Below are positions 39,091 to 50,920 of a stretch of DNA of 64,000 nt, one piece after another; positions within the stretch are counted from its first letter, which is position 1, and each line of letters begins with the position of its first letter. Location of the stretch: positions 127,596,001-127,660,000 of the forward strand of contig NC_043001.1 of assembly GCF_006345805.1 (NCBI RefSeq). The letters run 5' to 3'. This DNA comes from Octopus sinensis (lineage: Eukaryota). The position numbers were made by a program, and so were the translations under genes. The notes below the pieces were generated by a model, which was given only the letters and a program-made list of their open reading frames with translations, did not search any database and was not told the origin of the DNA.

Positions 39091-42000
39091 CGTGTGTCTG
39101 TGTTTGTCCCCCTAGCATTGCTTGACAACCGATGCTGGTGTGTTTATGTCCCCGTCACTTAGCGGTTCGGCAAAAGAGACCGATAAAATAAGTACTGGGC
39201 TTACAAAAGAATAAGTCCCAGGGTCGAGTTGCTTGACCAAAGGCGGTGCTCCAGCATGGCCGCAGTCAAATGACTGAAACAAGTAAAAAAGAAGAGTAAA
39301 AAGAGTGTACTGGGTGGGGTTTTTTGTGTGTGTGATACCAGCACCAGTGAAGTGACCAAGTACCTACAAGACAAGGCCCCCTACTAAATAAGGTTCAATA
39401 CTGAGGAGAAAGGTGCTGAAGTGGTAAATACATGGCTTACCCATAAGAAAGAAAGATAGAGAGAGGTGTTAGGTCATGGTACAAGGTAAATATGAAAGAA
39501 CAAAACAGGATAGAGGAACAGGAGAGGCAGATGGGTAGGTAAGTGGAGTAGAGTGATAGATGACTAGAGATAGAGAATGAGTTGGACACAGAGAATATCA
39601 GTTCAGTGGTGGGGGAGGAAAGAAGGAAATAGGGTACTACTGAAAAGGATCCCTCACCATTAGCTAAATGCATACTCCATTCACCCAGGTTCATCCAACA
39701 GTCCCATTTCTTGTCATTTACTATTGTGCTTCACCTCACGGATGATGGCAGTTTCTTTGTGTCTGAAGATCATGAAGAAGAGCACCATGCCCTCCAGTGA
39801 CTATATAAACCAATCCTTAACACTGCAGGGGTTTTCTTTATGCCTGCACTTAGTAGTTTTAAACTGAGATTCAGTCTGTACAATCTGATCCCATTCCTTA
39901 GGCTTGGAAGCCTCCTCCTAGGTGAATTGCCTTGCAGGGCTGGAGAGCTCCACCTACCCTACAGTTGCCAGAAAACACTGAACCACCTGAGGTATTCCAC
40001 TCCTTCACTTACAGCCAAGGTTGATTCCCTTAACCTTTTCCTATCACAAGACACTCACAAAGCAGTGAGGGTTTGTGCTTGGAGTTTCTTCCATAACATG
40101 CTAATTAACCCATAGCTAGGACCCTGACAGATGCTGCTACTCTGTGTCAGTAGACTTAGGAACCATTGTAACTAAAGGGTGGTTCCACACTCCTCAAAAC
40201 CCTGAAGTCCTGAACCAGTGCCCCACTCCTGGATGCAGTTTAAAATCATGCCCAGGAACTCCCATCCCCAGATAAGATAAAAAGTAAAGACCCCCTTTGA
40301 TCATGAATGACCATGGGATTGCACTTAGGAAGTCCTCCTCCAAAGCACAAGTCTGGGCAAGGTTGTTTGTGGAAGATAAGCAGTTGCCCATGCATACCAG
40401 TATTCCCTCTACATACCATGCCACTGATGTTGTCCAAGGGAAATGCAGAGGCCAGTACAACTTGGCACCAGTGGTGTCACAACTCATTTCTACAGATGAG
40501 TCAGCTGGAACAATGTGAAATAAAGTGTCTTGCTTAAGAACACAACACACAGCCCAATGCAGAAACTGGGCTCACAACCACACGATTGTAAACCTGATGC
40601 CCTAACCACAGAGCCATGTGCCTTCAACCACTCAGATACAGCACTAAATACTACCCAAGCCTACCATACCAGAGCTTCAGACTGAGATTCCTTTCCTGCC
40701 AATGCTTTTACTAAAACAGTATATCTTAAACCTGTACATTTTCAAACTGAATATCAATGACAGGAATCTTATCAGTTTGGGAGGATCTGTGAAGAACATG
40801 TGACCTACACCCCCACTAATTAATTAATTAAAAAATACAATCTAAAATAAAAGATTTTAAAAATTATCAAATTACAGTGGCTGAACAACCCAATAAACTA
40901 TATCAAATTTAATAAGTCACTATAAATTGTTAGATGATCTGTGTTTTATCAATCAGATAGGAATTAAAAGCAAATGAGAGATACGTTAGCAGGTCACTTT
41001 CATTTAACCCAAGTTACATCTGACGATATACAAAGATTAAGAACATTTGGCCTCAATCATTTCATATTTTATATATATCCTGACTACATCACCCAATGTG
41101 CTTAGAGTTTTTTTTTAAGATGGTAGAGTGTGATATGAAGAAATAAGACCGTTATTTCCAGCAGGTGGAATGACTGCATAGAAACTTTACCTAGCTTGAT
41201 GCTGGTATGTTGATATGATTAGAGATTAACATATAAGGTGGAGCCATTCATACAAGAACTACAACAGAATGTACCCTGGTATCTCAAAGATCAACAAAAT
41301 TCAGATAAGTAATGTTACATCTAATTTATGATGCCAAATTTCATTTATATTTATGCTAATAGCAATACAGTAGTTTAATGAAGGTAAGACATTATAGACA
41401 AGTTTGAATGAAGTGGTAGATAGCTGATCCAGTTAGAAGTGAAGTAATTAAGAATTACAAAATCTCTGCTCAAAATTAACTGACTTCCTGTATGAATCTT
41501 AAACCATTTAGCATTGAGATTACTGTCAAATGTAATGCCTATTTATTCATGTTGTTTTGAATTAATCATGAACTATTCTGTACCTTTGAGATTTCCATGA
41601 TGTGACTTTATTTTTAGAGCGACACTGTAAGGTCAGTGTGAAAGGCCAGTTTGAACATAAAACAGGTAGAATATTTGAGGCAGATATGGCCAGTTTAAAT
41701 GCTAAAAGGTTAAAATAGGTGCTCCGAAAGTGAGATGTGGCATTTCATGGGGTGAAACGAAGAGGAAAAGTATATGCATTATTAAAATCACTTTTCAGAA
41801 TGAAACTTAACTCTGAAAAATAACACATGTAGATTCAACCTTTAATAGATTATGACCAAGAACTTGGTCCCGATTCCATTTGCAACATACTTAGTCCTCT
41901 TTTGTCAATGAACACAAAATCTCAGGACTGCTTGTATCACAATCAGCAAGAAATGTCCACATTTTAATAATGCTATGAATAAAAAATAGAAACAAAGAAA

Positions 42001-42461
42001 TTATTGAATTTTATGTTCATGACTTTCGGAAACATTTTTTCACGCTCAGGGTTGCTGAAGCGTGGAATAAACTGCCTGCATCAGTTGTTGACTGCCATGA
42101 CACTGCATCCTTTAAGGCCCTCATGCTTCCCGAAATCCGTCGAAACTACACCTGATTATATATACACTTTAGATGAGTTGTAGTGCACCTGAGCACTGTA
42201 CACAATTATTATTATTATTATTATTATTATAATTGTGATTGTTTTCACTGTTTACAGTATTTGTTTTGTTTTGTTTTGTTTTCTAATTTATAAACATTTT
42301 ATACACTGGGTCAAAAGCTTATTTTTTGAGTCAAATTTGTTCAACAGTACAGTATGTGGTTCAATTTCTTAAGAAATTAGTTAGGAGAAAATTGACATTT
42401 TCATCTTCATATGTGGTATTGTGTAAAATCACATATGAATATGATTTAAAAGAAATCTTGT

Positions 42462-42688
42462 TTAACCCTTTAGTATTTAAACCAGCCTTATCCGGCCAAA
42501 ATATTTAATCTGTTTTATGTTCAAACTGACCAGATCCAGGCCCTCACACCTACCCTACAATGTTATTCTACATTAAGTAATTACACCATCAAGATCTTGA
42601 AGATATGAAATAATGCATGATTAATTCAAATCCATGAGAATCAATAAGCATTATGTTTGATAGAATAATCTGAACACTAAAGGGTTAA
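42462..42688. mobile_element. TTAA-flanked MITE (piggyBac- or Kolobok-like); related copies at ~2176-2399, 3118-3523, 13803-13898, 19714-19895, 41501-41713
   Basis: TTAA-CCCTTTAG...CTAAAGGG-TTAA termini and a shared ~225-bp internal sequence. Confidence 0.75.
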
Positions 42689-43702
42689 ATCCTTGCTTTG
42701 TGAAAGATTTGAATCACAAGTTAATATCATAAAATGGAGGATAATTACAAACAAAATTATTTTTGTTCTTTTTTTTAAAAGAGCTCACACACATTCCAAA
42801 CATTAATTAAACAAATCACCGGAAAGTTGAAAAAAAAAAAAAAAGCTGTGTGAACTATTAAAAAACAAGCAACATCTCCAAAACAGATTCTTTAGCTTTT
42901 TTATTGAAGAACCATCCATTTTATACATTTCTAACATTCTTAACTATTTGTTTAAAATATTTAAACTTAAATATTTGACCTCCTCTCTTTCTTAAGCACA
43001 TACAAACATCTCATATCTCCCCTTCCTGAAACATATTCAAAAATTTGGTGCCTTCTTTCACAAGAGTTACAGTCTCTATTTTGGGACTATTAAACACTTA
43101 TGCTCCACTTTAAGGTGGCTTTTTTTTTACCTTCTACAAACAAAAGAAATCCACAGTTCTACTGAGAAAAAAAGCAATCCTCAGATCTACAATCTGGCAA
43201 ATACAGAAAAGGTTATGCTTTGCTGAGGAAGTCTAACAAGACAGAAATATATCTGGAGTTGTTACTTGTACTAGACAACATCAGGTTGAAATAGTACTAG
43301 TCACCAAACTAACATTTTCATCCCCTCACCACATAAATATTATTAACTATTTTTTTCCTTGCTACATTTAATGTGACACTAATTTATCTTACTCTTTTGT
43401 ACAGACAAGTAATTTCTCTCAATCATTACACAAAGGAAGTATTTTACAGACACAGTTTTTGCAAATGAAAAGAAAAGGGGAGTAATAAGCATTAAAAACA
43501 ATATCCTGACCTAACCATCTGTGAAGGAGATTATCATCTCATTTATTTTCGAGTCAGTTGAATTATATATACTGACTCACATATCTGATGTTAAGATTGA
43601 AACTAAAGTTAGGTCATTGTTATGGAAGTAGTAGTGGTGGTTGTGTGTATGTGTGTGTAATTCAGGAATAGCAAGGTATAGATAAGAATATAACAGAAAC
43701 AC

Positions 43703-44042
43703 TGTTTACATAATTTACCTTTGACAGATATTTGTCCTCATTTTGTTTGTTGTTAACACGTTTCAGCTGATATGCATTCCAACCTTCATCAGGTGTCTTG
43801 GGGAAATTTCGAACCTGGGTTCTCATTCCTAAGGTATTTTTCAATGTTTTATTATTATTATTATTATCATTTTTATCATCATCATCATCATTATTATTAT
43901 TCAGGTCACTGCTTGGAATCGAACTTGCAATTTTGTAGTTAGTAGCCCGCGCTCTCAACCACTACGACATGCGTGTGGCATAGTGGTTAAGAGCATGGGC
44001 TACTAACCCCAAGATTCGAAGTTGGATTCCAGGCAGTGACCT
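43703..44042. mobile_element. tRNA-headed SINE-like element with a hammerhead tail and an inverted duplicate head
   Basis: Head-to-head ~67-bp arms (43903-43969 and 43976-44042) with A-box TAGTGGTT and B-box GTTCGATTCC; the minus copy continues through (AAT/GAT)n to the hammerhead motif. Confidence 0.6.
43755..43797 (-). ncRNA. Degenerate hammerhead motif at the 3' end of a tRNA-headed element
   Basis: Minus strand GACAC-CTGATGA-a-GGTTG...CAGCT-GAAAC-GTGTT; both core boxes and stems I/II present, but no room for the NUH cleavage triplet. Confidence 0.55.
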
Positions 44043-44545
44043 CATCATCATCATCGTTTAACGTCCGTTTTCCATGCTAGCATGGGTCGGACGGTTTGAC
44101 TGGGATCTGGGACACAGGAGGCTGTACCAGGCTCCAGTCTGATCTGGCAGTGTTTCTACAGCTGGATGCTCTTCCTAACGCCAACCACTCCGCAAGTGTA
44201 GTGGGTGCTTTTTACATGCCACCGGCACAAGGGCCAAAGGACTGGCAACGGCCACGATCGGTTGGTGCTTTTTATGTGTTACCGGCACAGAAGCCAGTCA
44301 AGGCAGCACTGGCATCGGTCACGTTCGGATGGTGCTTTGTACATGCCACGGGCACGGGAATCACAACTACAATTTCCATTTGATTTTCATTTTGATGTTG
44401 ATGTACTTGATTCAATAGGTCTCTTCATGTACAGCACGTCGCTGTTATGCACCTCTTATATATCCATAGCTTACACTGGGTACATCTTATGGAGTTTCTA
44501 CCTACACCTTTTCTACAGATCGAGCAGGTGTCATTAAAATATCTT
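44042..44545 (-). mobile_element. Internally deleted RTE copy
   Basis: RTE 3' tail joined directly to the Cys-rich RT insert CSICRKGVGRNSIRCTQCKLW. Confidence 0.75.
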
Positions 44546-44559
44546 TCCCATGTGTGTAG

Positions 44560-45420
44560 GTGTATTGAGGTGGAAGTGAAAAGAATCGAGATCTCTGCTC
44601 TCCTGCATGAAGGCCACAAGTCCAACATCACCAAGCGACTCAACATCAGTTGGATGACTGTCCACAGAGTCAGAGAGGCTCGAGAACAGGAAAGACCTTG
44701 AGCTGTGAACCGTTTGGCTGTGAGAAAGACTTTCAAAAGTGCTCCGAAGCTCAAAATGACTGCACTCACGAAGAACAACATCTCAGTAGCCACTATATCC
44801 AGGGCCATCAAGGAGGAGGGTGGCAAGAGCTTGAGGTGTGTGGAAAGACCTCTGCTCACCAACCATATGCAAGAACAATGTTGGGAGCACTGTCATAGCC
44901 TTCTCAATGATTTGAAGTGCCATGGCAATCAAATTCTCATTTTTTCTGATGGAAAAACTTTCACAGTCAATCTGATCATCAACAAGCAGAACGACTACAT
45001 GGTCAGCTTTGGCCAGGACATCTCCAAGGTCCACTACATGTCCACAACTAAGCACTTGGCCTCCATGATGATGCTCACTGTCACGGCTTCAAATGGCAAG
45101 AAGATGCCACCAGTGTGGTTCGCAGCTGACTACAGGGACATCTTGGCCATGAAAGTCCTGTCCTGGATGAGAAAGATCACAAAGAAGACAGACTACATCT
45201 TTCAGCAAGACAGTGCCCCTGCCCACACAGCCAAGGCCATGCAATAGTGGTTGGGGTCAAACATGAACTTTTGGTCAAAGGATTTTTGGCTGCCACAGTT
45301 TCCCAACCTCAACCCCCTCAACTGCAGTATGTGAGTGCATGTTGAGGGCAAGGCCTGCAAGGTCCATTATAACAACATCGACGAGCTGAAGTCTTCCATC
45401 AACTGTGAATGGACCAGCAC
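44560..45420 (+). pseudogene. Tc1/mariner transposase relic, maT (DD37D)-like
   Basis: ORF 44705-45247 with FSDGKTFTV..NKQND and YIFQQDSAPAHTAK; continues past a stop as FWLPQFPNLNPLN (SPDLNPLD-like); no TIRs seen. Confidence 0.85.
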
Positions 45421-45616
45421 GGATTTTTGTCAGTGAACAGGTCGCAGATTTTAGCGCCGAAAATATTTTGACAAATTAAACTTAAATGTTGAAGTGAATC
45501 GAACGGCTTTTGTGTGTTTCTTTAATGGCTTACAAACACCTTCCACACTGCAATTGTTTTCGTTTCAGCACACGATTTCAGATCAAATCACTTGCTATGC
45601 GAGTACATCTCCGTAA

Positions 45617-46001
45617 TCTCTCTCTATATAAACGGCAGTTTGTCTGTGTGTGTTTCTGTGTGTCTGTTTGGTTGTACCCTCACCCTGACCACGGCTTTCA
45701 ACCGATTCTGATGAAACTTGACACACACATAGCCCAATGTCATAATTCAAAACTAACGCAGCGAAAATTTTGAAAAGTTCCCCCAGTTCTGAAAAAGATC
45801 GATAAATTCGACATGGGGTCGACAATCAGAAACACAAACCACAGATGGTCTAGGGGACGCAACTCGACCTTTTTAACTATCAAAAAAAATTTACCATCAT
45901 TTTTTTTCCCATTTTTTTGCTATTTTTTGGCTATAACTCTCTAAAAATGCTTTATAGTTATTTCCCTTACAAACCCGAGCAACGCCGGGCGATACTGCTA
46001 G
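45617..46001 (+). mobile_element. Non-autonomous Helitron
   Basis: 5' TC start, subterminal hairpin CCCGAGCAACGCCGGG, 3' CTAG end; inserted between A and T with no TSD. Confidence 0.75.
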
Positions 46002-46008
46002 TATATAT

Positions 46009-46061
<53 letters not shown>

Positions 46062-48560
46062 TCATACATATGCATACATGTATACACACACATGTATAGC
46101 CCATAACGTGTACCTTCCCAAAACTTGTGACATTTCTGCAGTTGCTGAACAATTTACATTATAACAATAAGCTTTATATTGATACCTTCTAAAGCTTTGT
46201 GGTGTGCAAGCAAGGTGGGACAGCAGACAGTCTCGTTGACCTGTATAGTAATTGTGTCTCGTTGAGGGGAAAATAAGTTGTCAAGTTTTCATTGAATGGT
46301 GATCTCAAAGACTCTGTCACAAAGTTAAAGCAAGTGTAATGTAGAGCATTTATTCTGTGTCTGGCTGACACCTGTACATGCAAAAAGTTTAAGTGGAACG
46401 AAAGGCAATATGATCTGCTTGGGAATGTGAATATGGTTAGGAGTGAGAGTAAGCTGGTCGTTAATGCACAATAGAAAAAATGTTATAGCAAATCCTTATA
46501 ATATGGTGAACCGACAGAGTTATTGTGGAATGAGTCAGTATGTTTTTTGCTATTTATTCCACTCTCAGAAGTCTTGAGTTCAAATCCCACTAAGATCAAC
46601 TTTACCTTTCACTTTTAAAGGGCTGATAAAAAAAAAAAAAAGCTACCAATCAGGCGCAGGAGTGGCTGTGTGGTAAGTAGCTTGCTAACCAACCACATGG
46701 TTCCGGGTTCAGTCCCACTGCGTGGCACCTTGGGCAAGTGTCTTCTGCTATAGCCCCGGGCCGACCAATGCCTTGCGAGTGGATTTGGTAGACGGAAACT
46801 GAAAGAAGCCCGTCGTATATATGTGTATATATGTGTGTGTGCGTGTATCTGTGTTTGTTCCCCTAGCATTGCTTGACAACCGATGCTGGTGTGTTTACAT
46901 CCCCGTTACTTAGCGGTTCGGCAAAAGAGACCGATAGAATAAGTACTGGGCTTACAAAAGAATAAGTCCCGGGGTCGAGTTGCTCGATTAAAGGCAGTGC
47001 TCCAGCATGGCCGCAGTCAAATGACTGAAACAAGTAAAAGAGTAAAGAGTAAGAGTAATCAAGGGCAAAAGATTAGAAGGAATTGTAAAGAATATTGGAC
47101 TGCAAGCTTTGTTGTATTTGTTCCAATTCACAGCGTGGCCTACTTGGATAATAGATTTAACCATTCACCCAGCTTAACAGCAGCACCTGGTCCTTGGATG
47201 TCTTTAGCAGTTCCCACTCTGTAACAAGCATTTGGGTCGGGTCTCAAGTTTAGGGATATCTTCCTCCCTTCGTCCCACCAGATGCCTTTTAAAGGGTCAT
47301 GAACACTAAAAGTTTTTAAAAAATACAAAACCACCCATCATACCTCATGGTCCCAAGTTACAAACCCATTCTTAACCAGTCCATATCACAGTGTTTATTT
47401 CTTAAACATAAGATTTCAGCTAATCAAAACCCTTTAGTTTATTTATGTAAAGAAAAAATACTTTGCGTTCCATATATCAGCTTAACCCACCAGCCTATAA
47501 ACAAAAAAGCTGGTTATTTTATTAAAACTGGTCCAAAGTTCTCATATTTACAAATGATTCAAAGCAAACAGGTTGTCTACTCTTGTTAGAAACAGGGTCA
47601 TGAAGCAGTATTAATTCTAGGTCATCAAGTTTTCTTTCATTTGTTCATACAATTATGTAATAAATGATAAGCTGAGAATAGGCGTAGGAGTGGCTGTGTG
47701 GTAAGTAGCTTGTTTACCAACCACATGGTTCCGGGTTCAGTCCCACTGCGTGGCACCTTGGGCAAGTGTCTTCTACTATAGCCTCGGGCCGACCAAAGCC
47801 TTGTGAGTGGATTTGGTAGACGGAAACTGAAAGAAGCCCGTCGTATATATGTATATATGTGTGTGTATATGTTTGTGTGTCTGCGTTTGTTCCCCCAACA
47901 TCGCTTGACAACCGATGCTGGTGTGTTTACGTCCCCGTAACTTAGCGGTTCGGCAAAAGATACCGATAAAATAAGTACTAGGCTTACAAAGAATAAGTCC
48001 TGGGGTCGATTTGCATGACTAAAAGGCGGTGCTCCAGCATGGCCACAGTCAAATGACTGAAACAAGTAAAAAGTAAAAAGTAAAGTAAAGTATACCTGAC
48101 CTGCTTAACATGGAATGCCTTAATATTTTAGTAGATAAATAAAATATATAAGGTTTGCTCACATGAGGCCCTAACTATATTTGAAAGAAGGCCAGTAGGA
48201 GTATCATTGTCACGAATGAAACTAACAACAACAACATTCAACAGAGGGTGGTAGCTGTTTCAGCACTTAAATCAACCCTTAGTGCATTACTAGCCCATAT
48301 TTTAGTGACTGTGGGAGGATGAAAGGCAAAATCGATCTGAAAAGAATGAAAGGTTGGATATGGATATTTTGGTTGGATATGGCCAGTTTAAATGCTAAAG
48401 GGTTCAGGCATTTTACCAGGTTCTTTAATCAAATCTACCATCCATTGCTGTGATAATAATAGTAACAATGATAGTTATTTATTCAATGCTTCAGTCCAAT
48501 AAATATAGCAAATTCTTTATCGTATCATGAAGTGAGAGGCTCTTGTGAAACTGAGGAGTG

Positions 48561-48941
48561 GGAAGCACTCCGTCGGTTACAACGACGAGTGTTCCAGTTG
48601 ATCCGATCAACGGAACAGCCTGCTCGTGAAATTAACATGTAAGTGGCTGAGCACTCCACAGACACGTGTACCCTTAACGCAGTTCTTGGGGATATTCAGC
48701 GTGACACAGAGAGTGACAAGGCCGGCCCTTTGAAATACAGGTACAACCAGAAACAGGAAGAAAGAGTGAGAGAAATTGGTGGGGAAAGAGTACAGCAGGA
48801 TCACCACCATCCCCTGCCGGAGCCTCGTGGAGCTTTAGGTGTTTTCGCTCAATAAACACTCACAACGCCCGGTCTGGGAATCGAAACTGCGATCCTACGA
48901 CCGCGAGTCCGCTGCCCTAACCACTGGGCCATTGCGCCTCC
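48561..48941 (-). mobile_element. SINE family C
   Basis: Reverse complement of the family C sequence. Confidence 0.9.
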
Positions 48942-49897
48942 ACCTGTCTTTCCAAAGCGAAGTGGCAGAAAGGTAAACTTAATCCATCACCCAGTTTAAC
49001 ACCACCATATGGCATCTTGGATGCCTTTAGTCGACTCCAGTCTGTTACAAGCATTTAGGCCAGGTTTCCAGATATTCCCTCCCACCCGGAAATTTTGGAG
49101 GCCCTGTAAAGGGTCACGTGCACTGCTTCTCTCTAGACTAAAAGATAGAAAGACTACACTGAATACTTACAAGAATCAAACATGGAGAATAACAGATTTT
49201 GTTTACCAGTATTTTAACCCTTACACAACAATGTTCGCCAGTTCAAAACCAGCAAATGCACAACACTGGCTTTCTACAAAGCTGTAAATAGTAAATGAAA
49301 GAGCCACTACACAGCCACCTTAATAAAAGTCAATAAGCCTTGAAATGTGGATATTGGAGTTGTCACCCTTGATTTAAACATTTTTAGAACACTGAGCTTG
49401 AAAGCATGTTAAATAAGCCCTATTCCTGACAAGCAAGGAATACTGAGTTGATATAAGATTATATTCTAGAGTCAACATATATATATAGGCGCAGGAGTGG
49501 CTGTGTGGTAAGTAGCTTGCTTACCAACCACATGGTTCCGGGTTCAGTCCCACTGCGTGGCATCTTGGGCAAGTGTCTTCTGCTATAGCCTCGGGCCGAC
49601 CAATGCCTTGTGAGTGGATTCGGTAGACGGAAACTGAAAGAAGCCTGTCGTATGTATATATATATATATACATGTATGTGTGTGTATATGTTTGTGTGTC
49701 TGTGTTTGTCCCCCCCCACCATCGCTTGACAACCAATGCTGGTGTGTTTACGTCCCCCGTCACTTAGCGGTTCGGTAAAAAGAGACCGATAGAATAAGTA
49801 CTGGGCTTACAAAAGAATAAGTCCCGGGGTTGAGTTGCTCGACTAAAGGTGGTGCTCCAGCATGGCCGCAGTCAAATGACTGAAACAAGTATATATG

Positions 49898-49930
<33 letters not shown>

Positions 49931-50719
49931 TTGTGTGTCTGTGTTTGTCCTCCTAGCATTGCTTGACAACCGATGCTGGTGTGTTTATGTCCCCGTCACT
50001 TAGCAGTTTGGCAAAAGAGACCGATAAAATAAGTACTGGGCTTACAAAGAATAAGTCCCGGGGTCGAGTTGCTCGACTAAAGGGCAAAAAGAGACCGATA
50101 GAATAAGTACTGTGCTTACAAAGAATAAGTCCCGGGGGTCGATTTGCTCGACTAAAGGTGGTGCTCCAGCATGGCTGCAGTCAAATGACTGAAACAAGTA
50201 AAAGAGTAAAAGAGAATATAACAAAACATATTCAGCAGCTTCTTATAACCAAGTAGACGCCAATGACGAACATGAGAAATATAAATCTGTAACAGAGGCT
50301 TTATAGTAAAACTACAGTAATTGTTAGCAAAAAAGACCAGCTATAATAAGCATTAATAGAATAATAGCAGAAGCTTGGACTTTATTGGTAATTAGTGATT
50401 ATTAACAGTTCAAAAGTGGAATAAATTGGTTTGCTTTGAGGAAATAGAACACATCTAACATTAAATCAATTTATTCCATTTTCAAGCTAATTAGTGTTAA
50501 CATGCGTGCGTGTGTGTGTATGTGTGTGTGCGTGTGCGTATGCGTGTGAGTATGCGTGTGTGTGTGTGTGTGTGTGTGATTCACATATTTCTATGCATCT
50601 TTTTTTCCCTTATAATTCGTTAATTTCAAATTCTAATTTATCTTGCCTATTATTATAAAATGATTATCTCCCTTGTAAGTATTAGAGAAACTGAGCAGAC
50701 CTTTTTGTAGACCTTAGTG

Positions 50720-50920
50720 CAGTGCTTTTCAAACTTTTTGCTGGAGCGGAACCCCAAGGAAACATTCCACTGGCTCGGGGAACCCCTGTGCAATAATTTA
50801 ATAGTCTTATGCACACATATCTGCACAGGAGAATTAAAAATTACTGCCGATTTTAGCAGTTTTGAAACTTCTTGCAAAACCCCTGGACTGTACTGGCGGA
50901 ACCCTGGTTGAAAACCACTG
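50720..50920. mobile_element. hAT-type MITE, same family as 27472-27650 in opposite orientation
   Basis: CAGTG TIRs; 8-bp TSD CCTTAGTG; internal sequence matches the reverse complement of the 27472 copy. Confidence 0.9.
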
